Assembly (NCBI GenBank): GCA_900088475.1
Contig: FLMG01003022.1
Span: forward strand, 1 to 64,000
Reading direction: 5' to 3'
From: Hyphochytrium catenoides
Taxonomy: Eukaryota > Protista > Hyphochytriomycota
DNA length: 64,000 nucleotides
In this document: positions 53,801 through 64,000 of the stretch, one piece after another
Numbering within the stretch: the first letter of the stretch is position 1
Layout: every line of letters starts with the position of its first letter
Made by a program: the position numbers and the translations under genes
Notes under the pieces: generated by a model
Databases searched by the model: none
What the model saw: the letters and a program-made list of their open reading frames with translations, nothing else
Told to the model about the DNA's origin: nothing

Positions 53801-56800
53801 AATATCTCCTTTCTGTCTCTGTTTTTGACGTCTACAGTGCGCAATCATGGTGGGTAATTATTCGGATCTGCCTTTTGGCTCTGTCTGCCATCAAGGATAC
53901 TATACTTAGTCTCAGATCGGGCGCCTCCAGGACCGACCCTTCACACCTTCTTTCGCCTCCAATGCCCCGAATCACCCTATTCTTTTATCTCTTCCCAAAC
54001 TAGTGAGACCGGGATATCTACGGCAGAAAAACTCCAGCTCTACGCCTTATTCAAGCAAGCCACGTCAGGGCCTTGCCCTTTTGATGTCCCTTCGGCGGCA
54101 GAAGTAAGTTTTACCCCTATAATAATGTAGTTAGATTTTCGTTCTCTCTCCTCAGGCGATGATGGTCTTGTCAGTAGGCCTTCATCATAAAATATCGCAG
54201 TAACAATTCGTATTCTTGAAATTAGACGTTCGTCTCTTCTCTTAAAAGGTTTGATCTGTGTGTCACACTGAGTGACTGGACTTCCCTATCGTGCTAACTA
54301 CTTGCACATCTCCTGTTTGGCCATTGTTGATAGACCTTTTCCATTCTCTTTTGCTCTTAGCCGAACAGGAAGAAATGGGCGGCGTGGAAGGCGCTTGGAC
54401 AAGACCTCGATGTACACACAGCTAAATCTCGATATGTCCGCCTTTTGTTATCACTCTATGGGTCTAGTCTGCACTCGGAACTGGCAAGTGCTTCTTCGGT
54501 TGAAGTGGAGGGTTGTGAAAGTGGAGAACCAACGACAAGTCGCACTTCGGCCCCCGCAGAGGTGGAGCTCTCTCCTGGTGATAGTCTTTTCCCCCCTCCA
54601 TCCCCTCAAACAGTTGAGCGTCGCATTGAAAGTCCTAGCAAGTCCTCTGCAAGTCCAAAATCGCGACCTATTGAGGTCATTGGTGGAGACAAGAACGGAA
54701 GCGACAGGAGTGATAGGCTAGGCGGATCTCTGGCACTGACTGTATTCAATATTCTTCGGACAGATGGAAGGATGGCTTCCCCTTCTTGCTCTCCATTTGC
54801 TAAGATGGCCCTGGCGGGTCCTGACTTCCTACAGGTTCTAGACCTGGCGGAGTGGGACCCTACCGTTCTCTCCTGGGTTACGATTACTCTTCCTATGCCC
54901 TATAGTGCCGCCAACTGGCCGATTAGCCGATTCTCCTTTAGCAAAGATGGCTCAAGGATCGCTCTGGCAGGTAATGACTCGGGCGGCAAACAGAGACTGG
55001 GTCAGCTATCTTGTTTCCTGTCGCTCACGTACCGCTGCTTCCTCTCACGCTTGTTCCAAGCCTTCCCTTTATCCTCTTTCAAGGACTCTATATTAGGCAA
55101 AAGATGAGTTGGCGTCTTCGTATCCAATCTCGAAGGCGTCATACATAACTAAAGCGATATCGTCTTTGCAGGTACCACTGGTTTCGCCGTATACAATCGA
55201 CTTGCTCACAAGTGGCGTCTATTTGGAAATGTGGCACAAGAGAGGGATTTAATAGTTAGTTCACTTGCGTGGCTCGGCTCCGAGTTCATCCTCGTGTGCG
55301 CCAGGCCAGCAGGAGACAAGGTATGGAGCGATATTTTTCACCTAAGACACAAAGACCAGAAACTTCCTCCTCATCAACCAAAAGTAGCCATTATCAGCTA
55401 TTTTCAGTCATTTATTCTTGAGATGATGCGATCCTGGAAATGTGTTATTTTTGCAAGGTCGCGCACAGGCTCTCTTCATTTATCACCATTTACATGTTTA
55501 TAACTCTTGCTCTCAGAGCACCGGACGTGTCACGCTGTACTTGTATCCAAGAAACCATTTAGACCAATCTTCCGTTCTCTTGGAGCACTCACTGGAACCA
55601 CCGAAGGGGGCCGAGGGGCAACATGAGAATGTTGTCATGATAATCGACAATAATGAAGATCTCCTTCTTGTCTTAATAGGCCCTACCTTATTCGCTTTCA
55701 GGCTCAAAGTGACAGGTGAGCCACCCCACTTAGGGCATCTTTCATCCTGAGTATGAGTAGCTCTAAGATCGTAAGCCTTCTAAAGCACAATGTAGCTCTG
55801 CAGTTATGGAAGGGTTACGTTCTGACCTTGTCGTTTACGTTGTTCTTCCCTTAGGATCAGCGGAAGCGGCAGATGAGTTTCCTGCAGTAGAGTTTCGCAG
55901 CTTAGGCACGTTTACCTTCCCCCTCCCTCCTGAATCGACATCTATCAGAGAAGCATTCGTACTTCCGCGCCTTGTCAATGACTCTCCCAGTCTACAAAAG
56001 GCCTTCGAGGAAAATGCAGCTTCCACACCCTCATCTTCGTGGGGCTGGGGCTTGGGATGGCTATCCATACAGAATTCTGACCCAGAAAAACCATTCCCAA
56101 GGGTGAGGCCTCCGAGGGCAAAATACATAAATTTACAATGTGCTTATTCCTCTTCTATGCCTCACTACGGTGTTAATTTTGCCAAAACTGTGATTACACG
56201 CCATGCGCTACGGGAAGCGCTAACTTTCGACGTCCTCGTTCGCTTAGCTGGCTCTATTGGATCACTCAGGCGCCCTTTGGCTGTCAGACCTAGAAGCGCG
56301 GAGCTTCAGAAAGCTAGCCGATGGAGTGATAGAGATTATGCCCCTCTCTCCCGCTCAGGTGTGAGAAAAGGAATGGAGGGAATTGCCATTATACGCCAAT
56401 CATTATGTTGGTATACCTTTCCCGTCTCTTGGAGCGTTCAAGTCGTCAGAATTATCCTGGACTCTCACGTGGATAATCTAATACCTGCAACTTCACACTC
56501 TAGAATTGGCCAACTCCTCTACAACATGGATTCTGCATCTACACACGAGCGGGGATGAGGTACTGGTTTCCACAGCTAGATGGGTTGCGTTGGGTTAGAG
56601 GCCATGGGACTCGAGGTACGAATGACATTCCTGCTCTGACAAGTAGCTCTCCATCTCCTTTCCAGCCCTTATTGCTTTACGTTGACAGGCCAAAGTTTTA
56701 AAAGCTTCGCAATAACCTTCCTATCCGGCCCTTCACCTTTCCATTTAGCAGGAAATGAGTCAATTGAGGAAATTAGTGAAGAGGAGGTTCGTAGCGTGCT

Positions 56801-59800
56801 GTTGAAGCTATATGCAGTTCATAATCCAGGGAAGCTACAACAGCTACACGACGAACGAGGGTCGAAGGAAGGTGATACACTTCTGAAGTTTATTATCCGG
56901 TGGCAGGCTTCTAACATTCCCTGGCCTACTCTGAGCTTTATGCCGTGTCGTCTGTCTATTGTCCTTGCTTTATATCGGCCCTTCGGCTGGGTGGCCTCGG
57001 CACTATCACTCTAAAGCAAACCTAGTGCCGCAGTAGTATTCATTTTCCTAATCCTTTATGATCCTTATAAGTAACTGCGGCAATACTTAGAAGAACTTGC
57101 GGAAGCTAACTATCTCCTCTATGATTACCTTCCCCCATTCACCATCCTCTTTCGTCATAATGCTCATCCCCTAGGCCTTACGAAGCTCCTTGTCTCCCAC
57201 TATGCGGAGCTTGGTCTCTTCGGCGAAGATGAAGTTCAGCTGTCCTCTATTTCGAGTCTCAAAGAAGCTAACCCGATGGATCTCATGGAGTCAACAGTGG
57301 ACTTCAATGTAGAGGTGGGGCAAAGCTATTGTCTCGTCCTCCTCTGGGTTTGCGCTATTCGTGACGCCGTTCTTATCTATGCGCGCAAAGCACTCATGCA
57401 ATCACCCGGGAGTCTTCAAACTTTCACTTTTTCCTTCCGCTGGGTCCTTTATTTCAGACTCTGTCGTCCATGTACTATTACAGGTGAAGCCATTGGGCCT
57501 CCACCCGCGGCTAGGCGTCATGATAGGAGTGTCACAAGACGTCTATTCTCCCGTCAGATCCCTACATCTGCAGCCCTCCCCATCACCTGCTCCAGTTTAT
57601 GAGCTTTTGACAGAGACTCAACCTGTCTTTCAGGGCGTACTCAGAGTTCTTCTTTCTGCGGGGCGAAAAGACTGGGCCAAGGAGATAGGTAAAGGCCATG
57701 GGCCCATTCCCTGCGTCCTGCCCTTACCCTCAGAGGCTCAGAGCATGCTATTCGATTTTAATCGCTGGGCAAATGCTGCATTGTGCTCTTACACCTTTAT
57801 TCTCCGTGTCCTTTAGAGAGCCACCCCTCTTCACTAGGTGTTACTGCTCTTCCATCAGCCTTTCTGTGCTTTTTATATTCGAGACTGCATGTAATCAACG
57901 CCTCGCCTGCCACCCTTCCCTCGTGTCTCTTACGTACATTACTCTACAGCTCAAAGTATATCGTTCCTGCCATACTTCTCTGCTTGTCTGGAGCTGCTGC
58001 TTCACTCCGCACTGGAGGAGGCCTACACGATAAGAAGAGCGAGGGAGAAAGCCCAACAATCTGATCGTTCAACTCCCTCTTCTTCGTCTCCCGCCATACC
58101 ACCACTATTTTCACAGAACGTGGAACCTCGAGATCCTACCGATCTCTTAGTTGATGTAAGGCTTGTGACCTTACTTGGCAATGGACTTTGCTCCTCTGCT
58201 CCGTTCTCCACTTTGCTGCCGCCACTGTAGACTAGGGCTGAGGATTGTCGTTCTTCCTTGCGCAGCAACTCATCCCTTAGCAGTTGAAGACTTTTTAGGA
58301 CTTTACCTTAGCGACAGGGGCTCTCCACCAAACAGCGTTATGATTGACACCTTCCTATTTTTACCTCCAAACTGTCAGGTTCTGGACCTCTGTCGGTCGT
58401 TTCCGAGCTACCCTCACATTGTAGCTTCTACTGCTAGAAAGACAGAGGCCAACCGTTGGCCTCATTTGTTTCCACTCGCGGGCGAGCCGCGACGTCTGTT
58501 TGAGCAATGCCTTAGTATGCAGCAGCTGCAGACAGCCTCGCTCTTCCTTGTGCTCATCAGTGATGTGGAGGAGATGAGCAAAGAGAGGGTCAGTAGGACC
58601 TTCTAGTCCATCCCCAACTTTCTCTTCTAACTAACCTTGCTTGCCGGAAACTGCTTTCCCATATCTTAGCTCTGACTTTTGGGCTTTTGTCTTTGCCTTA
58701 CGCGTGTCCTTCCTCATCTATCAGAGGAGTTTCCAAGGACTGTTTGGACCTGACGCCCCGGATGGCGAATGGAAGCTAGGAGCTAAATGTGCGGAAAAGC
58801 TATTAGAAACGGCTCTGTTAAAGGTTGTGAACACCTCTACCCTGCCGATCCCCCAGCTCCTAGGGTAGCCCCTTCGATAGCTTGGATAGAGCTATCAACT
58901 TTTGTCGCGGATGCTATTTCCTCTGCTTGAACCCTTCCATGTATCTCCATCATCTCCCTTAACGCTGGCTCTATCTCTTTACGATTATAGGCGGATTACG
59001 AGCTTGCTCGAAGCATCGTAGTCTTCTCCCATCGTTTCAGGGACACCGACGTCCGGGCTTCCTCTACCGAAGGGATGCCAGGCTCTCTTCTAGGTAATAG
59101 ATAACAGTTTACAAATTATTCCCAGCGACCCGCTATCCTTCCGCTCTGGTGCTAATTTTCCTTGTTTGCATGCTTTCGTGCAGGAGAAATTGGCTTATCA
59201 GATAGGGTTCAGGAGCTGGTAAACAGCTTTGCTGTCCGTCTGCTAGGAGCTTATAAGCTATCGGAGCTCTTGAGATTTCTGGAGACTATGAAAGTTCCCC
59301 TCCCACCAACCTCTTCTTCACCTTCTCTCCCTGTCCCATTTGACCGCGCCTTTGCCACTAAGGCAATAGAGAGCAACTTTGGCTTTAAAGCCAGCGGTGA
59401 GGTGACACTGAAATCTGACAAGGAATACCAGCTGAAAAGGCAGAAGGCAGAGTATGTACTCTTCCTTTTCCGCGTTCTCTTATGCTTCTTGACATCAACC
59501 TTCCTTTCTGCCCTGACGAACCGAGCTCCAAAGCCAGCAGCATCCTTCCTCCCGGATACTACTAGTTCAGTCGACATTTTCATTGTCTTTTAGAGTGTTC
59601 GCCTTTGTGCCATCTCTAGGTCGCAAGGTTTCAATCGAACGGGTCCTCTTTGGCTTCAACTGTTACCAATCTCTTACAAAGTTCATCATTGTGTAACGAA
59701 TCTACGCTCTCACGCACTCATGCATCAACCCATTCTACTTTTTATGCTCGATGCAGTGCCTTGTATCGGATGCTCCAGCAGGGTGGTTATACGCAGTGGG

Positions 59801-59859
59801 TGTCGTTCCTGCAAACAACACTGATAAAGGTTGACAAGCACAGAGCCAAAGAGGTGTAA
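50825..59859 (+). CDS. RIC1: RIC1 (Rab6/Ypt6 GEF complex subunit) with inserted PDZ and ACBP domains
   Basis: N-terminal AFGVP and WD-like blades (LAVGYERRGLVVWDSSGCRLMTTL). Conserved YSAANWPISRFSFSKDGSRIALAG|TTGFAVYNRLAHKWRLFGNVAQE and LYLYPRNHLD. C-terminal RIC1 domain LELLLHSALE...IVASTARKTEANRWPHLFPLAGEPRRLFEQCL...TASLFL. Confidence 0.92.
53200..53695 (+). other. PDZ domain encoded within RIC1 (two exons)
   Basis: ECTIMKTDKGLGLHL (carboxylate-binding loop)...GPAELLGLIHKGDILWSING|KCVLGLKLKDVVQFLRHAPSGELSLRLV. The intron 53383-53606 is phase-compatible. Confidence 0.85.
53700..54465 (+). other. Acyl-CoA-binding (ACBP) domain encoded within RIC1 (three exons)
   Basis: YDALFDIALFIVSHLGLNY|ETGISTAEKLQLYALFKQATSGPCPFDVPSAAE|PNRKKWAAWKALGQDLDVHTAKSRYVRLL carries the ACBP signatures LYxxxKQATxG and KWxAWxxL. 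Exons 53607-53757, 54004-54103 and 54361 onward. Confidence 0.88.
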
Positions 59860-60218
59860 GAAGGTGACACATTAGCAAGAAGATGGATGAAGTTGGCCAG
59901 GAGGAGGAAGACGTTTGCAGATCCTCCTTGCGACAGGAGGGCCTAGAGCTTGGACTGAGCCGCAAACAGTTCTCTCTCTGTAAAGAAGGCAACCCCTGCA
60001 GATCCCACTTCCCGTATCCCCTGCCTTATCTCCTGAAATCCAGTCTTCTCTCGAGCCTCTCTCTCCCCTCACTTCCCACAACGCAACATACAAGGCGCCG
60101 ATACCAAAGTTAGGGAGAAACATCTTATCTTATTTCCAACAAAGCCATTCTAGGTAGCTCGTCAACTTTGGCTAGCCCCTAAGTACCTAACGGTTGGACC
60201 CAATCGCCTATTATTACA

Positions 60219-63200
60219 TTAGAGCCCCTCCTCATCCATCTCGTCCTCAATCTCCTTGGCGATTTCTTCCTCCGTCTTCTCTCTTTCCTGCCTTTGCTCA
60301 GCAGATTCAAGCTCCTTCTTATAAGCGTCAGGTGGATATTGCATCGCCTGGAGGAAAGGATGAGAAAAGCAAAGAAGAAGATGAGGGTAAGACTCTGTGA
60401 TGCATGTGTACAAGAGAGAGGGAGAGGAACGGACCTTGACAGCTTCATTGTGTACATCCAAGCAGAAGGTGATTCTCTTATGGAAGGCCTGCTGTGGCTC
60501 GGTAGTGACGTAGATATCAACAAATTCCTGAAACCAAAGATCCAGATAGCGTAACAAGCAAGAGGGTTAAGCGCTTAGTGACAGTTTGAAAATCCTTGGC
60601 AGGAAGAACGAACCTTTGACTGCATCCATCCCTCATCATGGCTGATTACGGCGTCAATAACTCCGTCCTTGATCGCCTATTGGGCGTAGTAAGAGTAAGA
60701 CAATTAAATATGCGAAAGCGTTGTCAAAATCCAAGATAGTGGAAAGCAAAGAAGCAGACGCTAGAACAGCAGACTAAGGAAAGAAGGCGCTTCATCCATC
60801 ATGAACGATTTTCAAGGCTCAACCGCGAAAGCTTAGATAGATGAATCCCGTGAGTAGGGATACTACCTTCGCGCAGACATACTCGGCGTTCTGGGCAGTG
60901 TCCAGGCCTAGCTTAGTGCATATATCCTGGTGAAGGCGAATACGGAGTCACCCGACGCAATATGGCAAATGGAGGTTAAAACGTGAGCCAGAGAACGGAG
61001 TGACAGAAAGTTAGAGCGCAACAAGCGGCGCAAAGAGTGCAACATTATGGTGCACGCACACCAGAGAGTTAGCGCAGTGCTCAAGCCAGATAGTAGCCAA
61101 AGGATTATCGCGCAAACCTGGAAAGATATCCTTGAGTACGAAGTGTTGATCTTCCTGAGGCCAGTTTTGATCACATTATGCCTCAGTCGCAAAATAAGAG
61201 AAAAGTTCTTGTCTTTCCTAAACTCTGCCTCGTGGCGCTGAAGAACTTGATTGAAGTCAGGGAGACTGCCAACACGTACAGCCTGGGGTCGCAGACAGTT
61301 AGGGATCAGAAAGCGGCACCCCAGAACGTCTCTTGAAGGGCTAGGCTGTGGCCAGCGCTACCCACGGTACTTTTCGAACATATGGCTGCTCTTCATACGG
61401 ATAGGGGTTGTCTGCTCTGGCCAAGTCTCCTCCCTTCCTGTTCCTCGCTCACTCACTAAGAACTTAACCTCTCTAGTCGACCCAGCTTACCTGAGTGAGT
61501 TCTTGATATGCCAATATGTGCTTCTTCAAATCTGTCTGATAGAATATTGAGCGTTCTGGGATCTCTCCCATGAGAAGCTGCACAATGATTGCTAGCTTCT
61601 GGACCTATAGACCAGACAACGTCGATATTTAAAATCAGTGACCAAACCTCCACCGGCTACGGCGCCAAGAAGCTAGGTGGGTGGAACAAAGAGGATTATT
61701 TCAGGTAGGAGAGAGGAGAGAGAAGACACCAAGAATGGTGGGCCGAGAAGGGCAGCGGAGAAGCACGAAGTCTTCCTTACGGCAATACGAAAGCCCAGGG
61801 CGGTGTTTTGTGGAGCCTTGCGGATGGATTGCGTGAGCTTGGTAAATGCCTCGGAGTAGTCCAGCTGAACAGCCTGAATGCGACCTATCAGAGTGTATGA
61901 GGAAAAGGTTAGAGGCCGCCCGGCCAAATAGATGCTACCAAGAACAATATAGGGAGTCTAAAAAGCCAGACGGAAGGCAGGTGCAGAGGTCGAACCCACT
62001 ACCAGAAACAAGATAGGAGAGTTAGCAGTTCTCACCAACATAGTAGAGATATCGGACAAATTGGTTGTTTGAGACAGACTCTGGAAAGTTCGTCTTAGAG
62101 AGGAGCTTGTAGGCCTGATCCACTAAATTGTACTGCAGATAGTTACGGAGCAGGAGGTTCACTAAAGTCGCCTGCCAATGAGCGGAGAAGAACAATGTGG
62201 TACGGGGCAAGAAAAGGTTAGGAAAGTCAGCTTCAATTTGAATCAATGGTGTCATTAGTCCTTCACCTGTCCGAACTCGTCATGACGCAAACAGGCCGTA
62301 CGGTGGGCGCCGAGTAATAGGCTGAAATAGGAGATCGAGGAATGACGGGACGTCCAGAGAGAGCAGGTAAGTCGGGAAACTAAGCTACTAACAGAGGAGC
62401 CCACGAACATCAAGCGAAATAAAAAGGGAGACATTGCCGAAAGTGCATAACCTTTCAGGACGACAAGAGGCAGTTGGGCACGTACGCCTAGAGGGGGTAG
62501 GCAGAAAAGCTTGACCATACCTCCTGATCTCGTGAGCTTTGCCTTGCCGCTCCATCAACAAAGAGTACAAAGAGTACGCACGCGCGGAGAATACGTCCAG
62601 GCTCCGTCTGTTTAGCGCTGTAGCACGGTTGATGAGGGAGACAGCTGCTGCAGTTGCCTAATGAGTGCAGTTAGTTAGGCGTGTGAATGAGAAGAGATTG
62701 CGGATGAGAAGCGACAGGCGTATGAGGAAAGACAGTAGAGAAATGGCCAGGGCGCTTTACAGGGTTCAGGGAGTGCGTGGGACAAATCCATACCTGCGTG
62801 CCCGAACCAGCTCCGACCAATTTGGTCAGAATAACAAAATGTAGATAGATTTCAACCTCGGGCAAAAAGATCGTAGGCTTCTTTTCCTCTCCGTCTGTAG
62901 CTGGTGCGGGACCATCACTATCTACTTCCATTGCCTGTACAGGAGGATCCTGCAGGGCAGAGACGAAGCGCAGAAGTTCTTGCTTCTGGGGATTGCTATC
63001 TTCAACATAGAGCTCAACAGCCTTCTTCAACGTGGCCTTAGTCACGTGCTTCCGCACCCTAGTGGTAAGTCTTAGCACGCGACTGATCTTCGTGAGGTCC
63101 TTCTGGGCTGTGCTCTTTTCTAACAGAGAGATATTCTTCTTCAAATCTGCGAGGCGAGGTAAGAAAGGCAAATGTTTAGTCCTGGAGGCTGTTATTCTGG

Positions 63201-63343
63201 CACCAAATCAAGTGCGACGAGAGACCTCTCCATGGATCAATGGTTTCGGGCTTGGTTTCCGCTGGTGCATCCTGCTTCACAGCTTTTACCTCCTCCTTTT
63301 CAGAGGGCTTTTTGTCTTGCTTTGAAGTCTGCTCTTTCGCCAT
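60219..63343 (-). CDS. PSMD3: 26S proteasome non-ATPase regulatory subunit 3 (RPN3)
   Basis: [114 protein letters not shown]|AMQYP, and an acidic C-terminus. Confidence 0.96.
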
Positions 63344-64000
63344 GGCCCCTCTCTCCTCACACAACGTAGAGATAAAGCAACACTTTTTTCAAGTGCCACT
63401 GTAATAAGGGCTTCACACTCTCCTCAACCTAAAAAGAGCCTCTCTGACGGACTAAAAGGAGTGATAGAGTCAAATCTCTGCGACTGATTTTCAGATTCTA
63501 TCGCCGATGCTCTGAAGATCTGAACAGTGCAGATGCAGAGATGATGAGCTTCGTGTTGTCTGGAAAAGCTTTTCTGTCTTTTCCGTGGACTTCGCAAGAT
63601 ACCAACCGCTAACCCGGATTACCTACCCGTAAACCATGGATAGCACAATGTATTGCCTTCATTCCGACCCGAGATTATTATCCAAACCCGAAACCCAAAT
63701 TGCTGTGACTGTTTGTCCATCATCAGAGCGCAGAGTTTGCGGCTAATCAGGAATACCTAAAGTCGTCATTCTGAATGAAAGGCAATGTGGGATACAGTAT
63801 AGTGTACGACGTGTACAACTACAGCTCGTCTTTCTCTCTTCACCTCTCAACAATCCATTGATCTGCGTGTTGAGCGCGATGATGGTCGGCGAGAGAGCTT
63901 CATGATTCCTATGAATATCTTCACTCCCCATCGATCAGACCATCAGAAGCACTCATGCGACGCCGTCGGAGATGAAAGGTTTGCCTGCCTATAAAGCTGC

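Noticed and set aside
63600-63700. Telomere-like aaccc/taaccc words
   Set aside because: Not tandem and not a consistent unit.
63743-63931. 62-aa minus-strand ORF at the window end
   Set aside because: No recognisable motif or splice context.

Overview
Gene-dense, intron-rich eukaryotic DNA (mostly GT-AG introns of ~70-450 nt, many with CTRAY branch points). It comes from a flagellated protist; a stramenopile is my best guess from dynein and PSMD3 sequence style (inference). From left to right: a ~3.7 kb decayed zone with probable Ty3/Gypsy pol relics; a CaMK-family kinase with an N-terminal MGNACC acylation motif (+); an unknown multi-exon gene (-); a FANCD2-like gene (+); a ~26.6 kb, ~60-exon axonemal outer-arm gamma-type (DNAH5/8-like) dynein heavy chain (+); an ENKD1-like enkurin-domain gene (-); RIC1 (+); and proteasome lid subunit RPN3/PSMD3 (-). 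There are three N gaps and several GA/CT microsatellite tracts upstream of gene starts. The most unusual observation is that hand-splicing RIC1 reveals an in-frame PDZ domain immediately followed by an acyl-CoA-binding (ACBP) domain inside the beta-propeller region, plus a third small 'YxxHNPxKL' module. All gene models were spliced by eye and no database searches were run.
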